Below, one piece after another: positions 19,285 to 27,796 of a DNA stretch of 64,000 nt. The DNA is from an uncultured Bacilli bacterium. Lineage in GTDB: Bacteria > Bacillota_I > Bacilli_A > RF39 > UBA660. The notes under the pieces are model-generated. The model saw only the letters and a list, made by a program, of their open reading frames with translations. It ran no database searches and was not told the DNA's origin. Location: positions 21,643 to 85,642 of the forward strand of contig CANQQV010000006.1 of NCBI GenBank assembly GCA_947626095.1. Direction: 5' to 3'. Every line of letters starts with the position of its first letter. Position 1 is the stretch's first letter. The position numbers and the translations under genes were made by a program.

Positions 19285-20160
19285 CTATTTTGGTATTCGT
19301 TTTAGAACAAAGTCTTTTTCGCCTTGACGATTAATATATTCAAATAAATTATTGGTATCATCAACTAAATCATAACCGCTTATACCTATTTCATCAATTG
19401 TAGGAATTATAATATCATTTTTTTGTGGTTTAATAATTTCTTTGATAGTTTGAAAGTTACTTGGTTTGCCATAACCAGAAGCCCAGCCACTATAAGTAGC
19501 ATCTGGTGTTTCTTCGATAAGACGGAAGTTTAGTCTTCTAATCCAGGATGGATGACATAGAGGGAAATATAATTTTTGGGGATTTAAACGTTCGTTTTCT
19601 TGTTTTAAAATAAATTCACTAAAATGTAATTGATCCTCAACAGTAGACATTTCAAAAATATGTAAGTCAATGCTATATCCTAAGTTTTCTAATAATTCAA
19701 CAATAGTTAAGATGATGGCTCCACGATTAAAGATAGCATTAGCTCTAGTATAACCATAAAAGGAAGTATTTAAATAAATATCTATTTTCTTTCTTCTAGT
19801 TTGTGTTTTGTTTAACATAGATAGGGGACTTCCTTCTAAGTAAGCTTTTACATCAGGAGCATAACCGATATAATCATTAAATTGTTTATTACGTTTTTTA
19901 CTCATTTTAATATATTTTTCTAATTTAATTTTTAACTCGATTAATTTTTCAAATTCTTCATGATAACCATATAGACACAATTTATAGGCTTCATCTAGAG
20001 AGTAGGTGTGAGTAAAGTTATAATCATCTTTAATACTGCATGGATTGCTAAAGGTATTTTGACATATGTTATGGTTTTTTAGATAATCGATAAATTCTGA
20101 TAAAGAATAAAATTTATAATGCATAACTTTATAGTTATTTTGACGATATAAACGATACAT
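19285..20160 (-). CDS. Putative vWA/CobT-like partner of a MoxR-type ATPase
   Basis: GYAPDVKAYLEGSP, IDIYLNTS, NRGAIILTIVELLENLGY, HPSWIRRL; starts 2 bp after the AAA gene stop. Confidence 0.55.
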   Translation of the reverse strand: MYRLYRQNNYKVMHYKFYSLSEFIDYLKNHNICQNTFSNPCSIKDDYNFTHTYSLDEAYKLCLYGYHEEFEKLIELKIKLEKYIKMSKKRNKQFNDYIGYAPDVKAYLEGSPLSMLNKTQTRRKKIDIYLNTSFYGYTRANAIFNRGAIILTIVELLENLGYSIDLHIFEMSTVEDQLHFSEFILKQENERLNPQKLYFPLCHPSWIRRLNFRLIEETPDATYSGWASGYGKPSNFQTIKEIIKPQKNDIIIPTIDEIGISGYDLVDDTNNLFEYINRQGEKDFVLKRIPK

Positions 20161-20162
20161 AA

Positions 20163-21923
20163 TTACCTACTTAATTTAAGACTTTTAAGACCTTGATAAT
20201 ATATATTACTTGAATTAATGTTTTGCATATTACCGATTATCATATTTAAATCATCTTGACCTAAATTTTTGACAACATTAGAAGTTAAGATATCTGGAAC
20301 TGGTATTTTATTCAATTCTTTTTTATATACTTTACCAATTCCTCTGGTTGAGACAACGTGTGGGATTTTTGATTTTAAAACAGCATCTCTAAATGACCAC
20401 ATAAATTTTAAAATTTGTTCACTAGGATATAAACATTCTTCTAGTTTACGATCATAATCAAAGAAGATATTATCAAAACGATCTAGAGTAGCAGCATCTA
20501 AAGCAGTACGACCAACATATTCTAAGTCAGCACCTTTACCCCAAGTATTAGCAGCAGCTATAATATGAAAGTTTGGATGTCTATCAATTGTTTCGTGAGG
20601 GAAAGCCATATAACCATTAGCTAAAGCTGAGTTAATAACAATTAAAGCTGAAGGATCCGAATTATCAATTTCATCTAAGAAGAATAAACCACCATTTTTA
20701 AAAGCTTTATAAAATTCAGTTTCACGATAAGTACCACCAGCATCAATAAAACCAGTTAGTTTAAATTCATTTGAAGCATTATTAGTATAATACATATGAA
20801 GACCTAAAGATTCTGCTACTTGTGAGACAGCAACGTTTTTACCACTACCAGCTGGTCCTATTAACATGATAGGTTCATCTAAAGCAGTTTGTCTTAGTAT
20901 TTGTTCATATTTTTCGTGGTAGAAACCACCAGTTGTATGAGCTATTTCCGTATTATTTATGATAATACTATGAGATACTGGGACGTTAATAGTCTTAGTA
21001 TAATCTTCAAGGATTTTATCAAAGATAGTTCTTAGTAAATGATTAATATTATTTTCTGTATTAAATTCTTCGATAGCATGCTTAATTAATTCGAGTAAAG
21101 CCTTTTTGGTTTCAGCATTTAATTCCTTAGTTAAATAATCACTTATCTTTTTTTGAGGATCAGGTGAAGCTAAATAATCTTCTAAGTTTTTATTTATTTT
21201 ATCTTTTACTGCTTCATTAGTAATAGAGAATAGTAGGGCATTTAAATTATCTAATAAGTTATCAGCATTTTGTCTAGTACGAGGAATAAATGAATCATCT
21301 TTAATTTTTGTACCATCAATATTAAATTCTTCACCATTAACGATATAGGTATTATTTTTTACTTCTTCTATTTCATTACAGAAATAGCTTAAAATATCAC
21401 GACTATTTGAATACATTACTTCATGATTTATTTTAGTATAACCTATATATAGATGAGTGTTTTCATTATTTGGTTTAGTAACACCAGCAATTAATTCTTC
21501 AGAATTAGCATCCCAAATAACAGAACAAAAATGCATGTAATTACTAAGGATTTTAAATACTTCACATTTATGATCACGATAAAGTAAATTAATTAATCTT
21601 TGATATCGATCACTATCATCAAGACGATAACGGCGAAAGTCATTAATAGCATTTGTTATTTCGTCTTGATTATAACCACTAACAGTTAATATTTTATTAT
21701 TAGAATTCCAGAAGGGATCACGATCTTCCATATAACTATCGTAGACAATTTTAGCGAAAATTATCCCTGTATTTGATATCTCTTTGTGATTAATAGAGTA
21801 GTTATATGGACAATTGGAATTAAGCCTTCTTTGAATGTCTTCATAGCTAAATTCTCTTCCTTTATATGCTATGAAAACAGTTCCACTTTTTTCATAGTCT
21901 TCCATATTTTCTCTTCCTATCAT
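20163..21923 (-). CDS. MoxR/CobS-like AAA+ ATPase with N-terminal class II GATase-like domain
   Basis: GPAGSGKN, LFFLDEID, IIAAANT, LDAATLDRF; N-terminal FCSVIWD...LYIG...VMYSNS pattern. Confidence 0.75.
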   Translation of the reverse strand: MIGRENMEDYEKSGTVFIAYKGREFSYEDIQRRLNSNCPYNYSINHKEISNTGIIFAKIVYDSYMEDRDPFWNSNNKILTVSGYNQDEITNAINDFRRYRLDDSDRYQRLINLLYRDHKCEVFKILSNYMHFCSVIWDANSEELIAGVTKPNNENTHLYIGYTKINHEVMYSNSRDILSYFCNEIEEVKNNTYIVNGEEFNIDGTKIKDDSFIPRTRQNADNLLDNLNALLFSITNEAVKDKINKNLEDYLASPDPQKKISDYLTKELNAETKKALLELIKHAIEEFNTENNINHLLRTIFDKILEDYTKTINVPVSHSIIINNTEIAHTTGGFYHEKYEQILRQTALDEPIMLIGPAGSGKNVAVSQVAESLGLHMYYTNNASNEFKLTGFIDAGGTYRETEFYKAFKNGGLFFLDEIDNSDPSALIVINSALANGYMAFPHETIDRHPNFHIIAAANTWGKGADLEYVGRTALDAATLDRFDNIFFDYDRKLEECLYPSEQILKFMWSFRDAVLKSKIPHVVSTRGIGKVYKKELNKIPVPDILTSNVVKNLGQDDLNMIIGNMQNINSSNIYYQGLKSLKLSR

Positions 21924-21928
21924 TATAG

Positions 21929-22032
21929 TTTGTTATTAACATATTATTAATAACTGATACCAAAAAAATTAATTCTCTTGATAGTTTAATTATATATAGT
22001 AAAATAGTTATTGTCAATATGTTAATAACAAA
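21929..22032 (-). promoter_or_regulatory. Consensus promoter flanked by 17-bp perfect inverted repeats
   Basis: Minus-strand TTGACA (22017-22012), 17 bp, TATAAT (21994-21989); IRs at 21929-21945 and 22016-22032. Confidence 0.8.
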
Positions 22033-22077
22033 AAAGTAAAAAGAATTAACAAAAAAATTAGATACGGGTATATCTAA

Positions 22078-22908
22078 TTATTTTTTGCGTAGGGTATAAG
22101 CTAAATGAACATTATTCATTAGTTCGTAAACAGTCATTGGACCAACACCACCAGGGACGGGAGTGATATAACTACATTTGTCTTTTAGGTTTTCAAAGTC
22201 AGCATCGCCATATAATTTACCGTCTTCACGGTTGATACCAACGTCAATTACGACAGCATCTTTTTTGACCATATCTTCAGTTAAGAAATGTTTATGACCA
22301 ATTGCCACAATTATAATGTCAGCATTTCTAGTTATTTCAGCAATATTTTTAGTTTTGGAATGACATAAAACAACTGTAGCATTACGATTAATTAATAAAT
22401 TAGCAATTGGTTTACCAACAAGAATACTACGTCCAATAACGACAACGTTAGTTCCTTCTAATGCTATTTCGTATTCATCTAGTAAATCAATAATACCTTT
22501 TGGAGTGCATGGGACTAAACCATTAACTTTTTGAATTAATTTACCTGCATTGACATAAGTTAGACCATCAACATCTTTTAAAGGACTGATTGTATTTTGA
22601 ATAACACTCGCATCTAAATGAGCAGGTAGGGGCATTTGGACAATAATACCATCTACTTTATCATCATTATTTAGGGTTTCAAGCTCACTAATTAATTCAT
22701 CTTGAGTTACTTCACTAGGAAAGTTTTTGTGAACAAAATAATAACCTAGTTCTAAAGCTAATTTTTCTTTTTGCTTAATATAAACATTGCTGGCTTCATC
22801 AGCTCCAACTTGGACGACAGCTAAACCTAGTTGTTTATCAACTTCTTTTATTCTTTCTTTTAATTCTTCTAACTTCTTTTTACGAAGTTCTTTACCATCT
22901 AAAATCAT
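22078..22908 (-). CDS. folD: Bifunctional methylene-THF dehydrogenase/cyclohydrolase
   Basis: YIKQK, GIIVQMPLP, KDVDG, PCTPKG, GRSILVGKP, ITPVPGGVGPMT. Confidence 0.96.
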   Translation of the reverse strand: MILDGKELRKKKLEELKERIKEVDKQLGLAVVQVGADEASNVYIKQKEKLALELGYYFVHKNFPSEVTQDELISELETLNNDDKVDGIIVQMPLPAHLDASVIQNTISPLKDVDGLTYVNAGKLIQKVNGLVPCTPKGIIDLLDEYEIALEGTNVVVIGRSILVGKPIANLLINRNATVVLCHSKTKNIAEITRNADIIIVAIGHKHFLTEDMVKKDAVVIDVGINREDGKLYGDADFENLKDKCSYITPVPGGVGPMTVYELMNNVHLAYTLRKK

Positions 22909-22957
22909 TTTTCTACCTCACCATATCTAAATTATATCATAAGAAAAGGACTTAGAA

Positions 22958-23776
22958 TTATTTCTTAAGTCCTGCGGCGTCAAATGCAGATCTGATGCTA
23001 TCAGCTTCAACATATTGATTAATACCACCAATAACTTTGTTCTTTTTAATAATAAGAGTTAGTGGAGTACCACCTATATTATCACTAGCATATGTTTTCC
23101 ATTCACCACTACCTGATAATGAAGTTAATGTTTCAAATGCTTCTTCATCTTCAATATATGGTTGAGCAACGTTGAAATTAATTATTTTAGCTAAATCAAT
23201 ATATCTAATAGTTATATTATATTCTTTAGCTACTTCAGTAATAATTGGGGCATATGCAGCGCAATAACCACATCCTTGACGACCAATTAAAACAACAATT
23301 GTATTTTTTTTAGATTCACTTTCAATATCAGCAGCAGTTATTTCTTTAAAAGCTGATGTATCATAAGAATTAGATGTTTGTTCTTCTGAGTATGTATCGG
23401 AAACATCTTGGTCATTTGCATAGTCATTATTTTCATTAGAGTTATTGAAAACACCAAATAGTAAAATAACATTTAATAGACAAATAATTAGAGTAAGGAA
23501 AAGTATTATATTATTTTTCTTTTCCATATTAACTAATCGATCTTCGATAGACATTTCATCGAAGCTTATATTTTCATCATCATCAATTTCGTCTTCTTCA
23601 GTTTCTTCTACTTCTTCAGCTTCAACTTTTTCTTCCTCTTCATCTTCTACTTCTTCAGCTTCAACTTCTTCTTCCTCTTCATCTTCTTCTAATTCTTCTT
23701 CGATTTCTTCTACAACTTCTTTTTCAATTTTTTTGGCTGCAGTTTCTTTTTTATCTTTTTGTTTCTTTTTTGCCAT
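22958..23776 (-). CDS. Membrane-anchored thioredoxin-fold protein with acidic N-terminal tail
   Basis: CGYC active site, GTP cis-Pro motif, single TM; start reassigned to MAKKKQ after a GGAGG SD. Confidence 0.75.
   Translation of the reverse strand: MAKKKQKDKKETAAKKIEKEVVEEIEEELEEDEEEEEVEAEEVEDEEEEKVEAEEVEETEEDEIDDDENISFDEMSIEDRLVNMEKKNNIILFLTLIICLLNVILLFGVFNNSNENNDYANDQDVSDTYSEEQTSNSYDTSAFKEITAADIESESKKNTIVVLIGRQGCGYCAAYAPIITEVAKEYNITIRYIDLAKIINFNVAQPYIEDEEAFETLTSLSGSGEWKTYASDNIGGTPLTLIIKKNKVIGGINQYVEADSIRSAFDAAGLKK
23604..23687 (-). repeat. 39-bp coding tandem duplication (acidic EDEEEE(E/K)VEAEEV unit)
   Basis: Two near-identical units with period 39. Confidence 0.75.
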
Positions 23777-23910
23777 AACAAATCCTCCCTTAAGAGTATT
23801 ATAAAACAAAATAACTATTTGCTCAAATAAAATATATATGTAAATACTAATAAAATATCTTTATTTATTACCTTTATAAAAGGTATAATGATTTTGAAGG
23901 TAGTGATGAG

Positions 23911-24312
23911 ATGAATAATATTGTATGTCCTAATTGCGGTTCAGTTAATAATGGAGGGGCACAGTACTGTGTTAAATGTGGTACTAGTTTAGTTGATAAT
24001 CAAAATTCAGGTGTGGCTCAAAGTAGTGGGCCTACTGGTCATTTAACTATTGAAAGAAAGGATAGTTTTTGGGGAATAGCTGTTTCTTTAACGGTTAGTA
24101 TAGGAAATAATTCATATCAATTACCTAATGGTGGTAAACTTGATTTTGAATTAATACCAGGTACTTATCCTGTATCATATAAAGTATGGTGCCGTAGTTT
24201 GAAAACAGTTAATGTTGTTATAACACCAATGTGTCAGAATAGAATTTATTTTACGCCAGATTTATTATTAGGTGGTTTTAAAATAAAGGAGAAAGAGTCT
24301 AAGTTGCAATAA
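23911..24312 (+). CDS. Zinc-ribbon domain protein
   Basis: CPNCG...YCVKCG at the N-terminus. Confidence 0.8.
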   Translation: MNNIVCPNCGSVNNGGAQYCVKCGTSLVDNQNSGVAQSSGPTGHLTIERKDSFWGIAVSLTVSIGNNSYQLPNGGKLDFELIPGTYPVSYKVWCRSLKTVNVVITPMCQNRIYFTPDLLLGGFKIKEKESKLQ

Positions 24313-24341
24313 AAAATACTGAATTTATATTCAGTATTTTT

Positions 24342-25829
24342 TTAATAACATGGTCCATGACGATTTTTAGGGTATTTGTTTTCTAATCTATATACATCAT
24401 CACGATCGACTAATACTAAAGGGTATTGTTTAAACCAAGATGGTAAATTTTCTGGGCGATTGGTATCAGCGTCTTTATAAGTATCTAGTAGCATACAGTT
24501 ATTACCGCAAGTACCATTTATTAGAGTATCCATACTGTAGTAGCCTAATTTTGTTAATTCATGAAGAAAATTACTAAAGACATATGTTGGAATGTTTTGG
24601 GCTGATTTGGATAAATATTTTTGAACTTCTAAACCAGCAACAACAATACCATTTTTATCTCTGACATAGTCTTCTTCGTAATTTTTAGCTATTAAATAAA
24701 GGTTAGGACAAATTATTTTTTCATAAGACCATTTAGTTTTAATTAATTTAATAACGTAATCACCGATACGGTAGCAAGATAGAGTAGCACCACTACTTAA
24801 ATATCCTGTTTCTTTACTATGACTTAAGTCTAAATATTTCTCAACATAACTTTGAAGTTTATGACCTAAGTTATGTGAATAAATACCACTTAAAGTAAAA
24901 TCCCATTTAGGATCAGTATCTGGTTTTTGAAAAAGGTTAATTGTTTTGGCGAATTGATCAATTAGGTCTTTAGATACTGAGTCGGCATAGTGATGATAGA
25001 TAGTAAATTGGTAATCAATTGAACTATTAAATAGACGATCGGCATCTTTTTTGAACTCATTTATTTTTTCATCATTTCGAGCAAATGTATAGCTAGATTC
25101 ACCAGTTTTTATTCGGTCATATTTTAGGAGTTTGCCAGCTAAAGTATTTTCTTTATAGTGAGAAAGAATATATTCTTTTAAAGATAACCAAATATTTTTA
25201 TCCGGAAGATTTTTAAAAGCTAAAATAGCTAAGTTACAGATATCTTCTATATCCATTAAAGTTGGGATAAAAGTTAGTTGTTCATATTCTTTATACGTTA
25301 CACTAGTTAAGTATTTAGTAAAATCATCATAGATGGTATTAATTGTATTAGGGTGGTGTTCTAAGATATAAGCCATAAATAAATATCTGATATGAAGATT
25401 CTCGTGAAGATAAAAGAATTCAATTAAATCATAATTATTATCAATGTCTTCAAAGGTAAATTCAATAATTGCTTTTAGAGTATCTTCATCTCTTTGTTCT
25501 AATTCAGAATGGTGACTTAAAATATATTTTTGACCCCATGTAGTATTGTGAAGAAGGTTAAGAAGATGTTCTTTAGTTAAGTAATTAAAGCTTAAATATT
25601 TATTTAAAATATATATAGTTTCTTTTTGATATTCATCCATATCGTAGATGATAGCGAAACAAAAGTAGTAATGTTTATCAATTAGTTTTTTTAAAAAGCC
25701 TTTGACTATTTCTTTTCTATCTGGATCTTTTCTAACATAGGATATTATACTATCGTAGTCATAAGAAGTTAAAGAGAAAACAAAATCGACTTTGCCTTTT
25801 TTTAGGTATTCTATTACATTAAAAGCCAT
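24342..25829 (-). CDS. Hypothetical protein with C-terminal kinase-like domain
   Basis: SSGATLSCY..YVIKL..YSMD..NNCMLL..LVLVD order matches the protein-kinase-like fold. Confidence 0.55.
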   Translation of the reverse strand: MAFNVIEYLKKGKVDFVFSLTSYDYDSIISYVRKDPDRKEIVKGFLKKLIDKHYYFCFAIIYDMDEYQKETIYILNKYLSFNYLTKEHLLNLLHNTTWGQKYILSHHSELEQRDEDTLKAIIEFTFEDIDNNYDLIEFFYLHENLHIRYLFMAYILEHHPNTINTIYDDFTKYLTSVTYKEYEQLTFIPTLMDIEDICNLAILAFKNLPDKNIWLSLKEYILSHYKENTLAGKLLKYDRIKTGESSYTFARNDEKINEFKKDADRLFNSSIDYQFTIYHHYADSVSKDLIDQFAKTINLFQKPDTDPKWDFTLSGIYSHNLGHKLQSYVEKYLDLSHSKETGYLSSGATLSCYRIGDYVIKLIKTKWSYEKIICPNLYLIAKNYEEDYVRDKNGIVVAGLEVQKYLSKSAQNIPTYVFSNFLHELTKLGYYSMDTLINGTCGNNCMLLDTYKDADTNRPENLPSWFKQYPLVLVDRDDVYRLENKYPKNRHGPCY

Positions 25830-25884
25830 AAAGTCATCTCCTTAATGGTTTGTTATTATAACATGAAATGTAATAATTTAACAA

Positions 25885-26754
25885 TTAGAGATTAGTACTT
25901 TGTTTTTTAATAAGTTTAGCGTGAACGACAATGCGATCACCACTATTATTTTTACAAGTAGATAAAGTAAGAATTTTATCTTGCTCATTAACTTCAGTCT
26001 TAATTGGAGCTTTATTTCTTGATTTCATTGTTTGTAACCATTCTATTTTATCTTTAGAATTACTGAAATTAGTTTTTAAATAGTAGGTTTCTTCTTTAAT
26101 GGTATAAATAGAAAATATTTGAAAAACATAATTTGTTTTAGGTGTTGATAACCATATAACGTAATTATCTTTATTATTTTGCCATTCGTTAGTTAAAACA
26201 GTTCTTAATGATCCAAACATCGTACCATCTTTACGACCATGACCATAGATGATAGTATTGTCATCTAAAGAATCAAGATTATTGCGATAGTCCATAAAAA
26301 TCCAACCAGCATTATTTTTATGATTATTAAAAGAATGATTTAAATAATAAGTATTATTTTTACTTTGAACTACTGGATAATCAATATTAGTATTATCAAG
26401 ATGAATGTATCCAACAGTATTTTGGTTGGTTTTAAGATATTCATCAAAAGAAATATTATAGAACGGTTTATTTGCATAGTACCAATAATCATTATATATT
26501 TCATCAGGAGCGTTGATTAATTCGCTATTGCTTGTATTTATATTTATTTTTGTTTGAGTGTTAAGATCATTGATTATTTTATTTGTATTATGATTGTCGA
26601 TAAGCCATGTAATATTTTGATATAAAGTATAAATAAAAGTAAAGATTAGAATGGTAAGGATGATTATGTAAGGAAGTAATTCAATTATCTTTTTTTTAGT
26701 TATTTTTTTCTTAGAAAATTTCTTTCTTTTGGTTTTATTGGCCATATTAATCAC
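25885..26754 (-). CDS. srtB: Class B sortase
   Basis: IDYPVVQ, YYLNH, GWIFMDYRN, IIYGH, MFGSL, LTLSTC, RIVVHA. Confidence 0.9.
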   Translation of the reverse strand: MINMANKTKRKKFSKKKITKKKIIELLPYIIILTILIFTFIYTLYQNITWLIDNHNTNKIINDLNTQTKININTSNSELINAPDEIYNDYWYYANKPFYNISFDEYLKTNQNTVGYIHLDNTNIDYPVVQSKNNTYYLNHSFNNHKNNAGWIFMDYRNNLDSLDDNTIIYGHGRKDGTMFGSLRTVLTNEWQNNKDNYVIWLSTPKTNYVFQIFSIYTIKEETYYLKTNFSNSKDKIEWLQTMKSRNKAPIKTEVNEQDKILTLSTCKNNSGDRIVVHAKLIKKQSTNL

Positions 26755-26821
26755 TCTTTATTGAGCGTTATTATATCATTTTATATTTAAAAGTACAATT
26801 TTTTGAAGTACAATATAGCTG

Positions 26822-27388
26822 GTGATTTTTATGACAATTGAAAATATTAAGACGCCAAACGATATTCTGGATTTTATGAACGAACATATTAAGTATGGTT
26901 GGATAGATGTTGATAATGAGGAACATATTAACAATATGAAAAATTTTAGAAAATTATATCGAACGATGAGTATTGATGAAACCTTAAAGTATTGTTTAGG
27001 TACTTGTATTGAACAGGTATATTTAATGAGTATGTTATTAAGTAAAATAAATATTCCCAATAAAATGTTTTGTACTAGAATATACGAAGGCAAAGATTTT
27101 AATAATTTAGAAGAGGAAGAACATATGCATTGCTTTGTATTATATTATTTGAATGGTAAAGTTTATCAAATAGAACATCCTAATTGGGAAAGAATAGGTA
27201 TTTATGAATTTGATAGTGAAGAAGCAGCTATAGCTGAAATTAATGATTATTATGTTAAGATGGCTCAAGGTAAATCACGACCAGTAACTGAATTTTTTGA
27301 AGTAGTACCAAATATGTCTTTTAAAGATTTTAATTTATATATTAACAGTTTGGATGAAGATAAAGAAAAAAGTGTTTCCTTTTCGTAA
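26822..27388 (+). CDS. Transglutaminase/papain-like fold hypothetical protein
   Basis: GTCIEQ...HCF...QIE suggests a Cys-His-Glu triad. Confidence 0.55.
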   Translation: MIFMTIENIKTPNDILDFMNEHIKYGWIDVDNEEHINNMKNFRKLYRTMSIDETLKYCLGTCIEQVYLMSMLLSKINIPNKMFCTRIYEGKDFNNLEEEEHMHCFVLYYLNGKVYQIEHPNWERIGIYEFDSEEAAIAEINDYYVKMAQGKSRPVTEFFEVVPNMSFKDFNLYINSLDEDKEKSVSFS

Positions 27389-27401
27389 AAGGAAACACTT
27401 T
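27369..27401. terminator. Bidirectional terminator
   Basis: AAAGTGTTTCCTTTT-cgt-AAAAGGAAACACTTT. Confidence 0.8.
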
Positions 27402-27411
27402 ACTTTTCACA

Positions 27412-27488
27412 TGGGGCGGTATGTGGGAATCGAACCCACGCGTGCCAGAGCCACAATCTGGTGTGTTAACCACTTCACCAACACCGCC
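27412..27488 (-). tRNA. tRNA-His (GTG)
   Basis: Encoded G-1, TTGTGGC anticodon loop, GGTTCGATTCC T-arm, CCCA end. Confidence 0.97.
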
Positions 27489-27564
27489 ATGCGCATAAAT
27501 AGAATAACAAATAATTGAATAAAAAGCAAGTATATATTATAATTAAAAATAGGGAAGTGGATAT

Positions 27565-27789
27565 ATGAATGCTTTATATTTGTTTTTAGTTAAAGAAACT
27601 TTTTGGGATAGAGTAGAATATGAAATTAAAGATTTAGGTAAAATGTTTGTTGAGTTTTTTCAAATGATTAAAGAAGTTACCTATGATTTATTAGCTGGCT
27701 ATGTAGGTGAAACTGTCCTAAATATGTTTTTGATTGGTCTTGGGGCATTAGCTATTATGTTAATATGTCTTAAGATTATCAATAGATAA
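27565..27789 (+). CDS. Small membrane protein
   Basis: SD plus ATG, C-terminal TM helix. Confidence 0.7.
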   Translation: MNALYLFLVKETFWDRVEYEIKDLGKMFVEFFQMIKEVTYDLLAGYVGETVLNMFLIGLGALAIMLICLKIINR

Positions 27790-27796
27790 AGAGGAG

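Noticed and set aside
18067-20457. Plus-strand ORFs 18067-18264 and 20269-20457
   Set aside because: Antisense shadows of the ABC-F and AAA genes.
23445-23804. Ser-rich 119-aa plus-strand ORF
   Set aside because: Mirror of the Glu-rich GAA codons on the coding strand.
26776-27093. 105-aa minus-strand ORF
   Set aside because: Antisense to 26822-27388, which has catalytic-like motifs.
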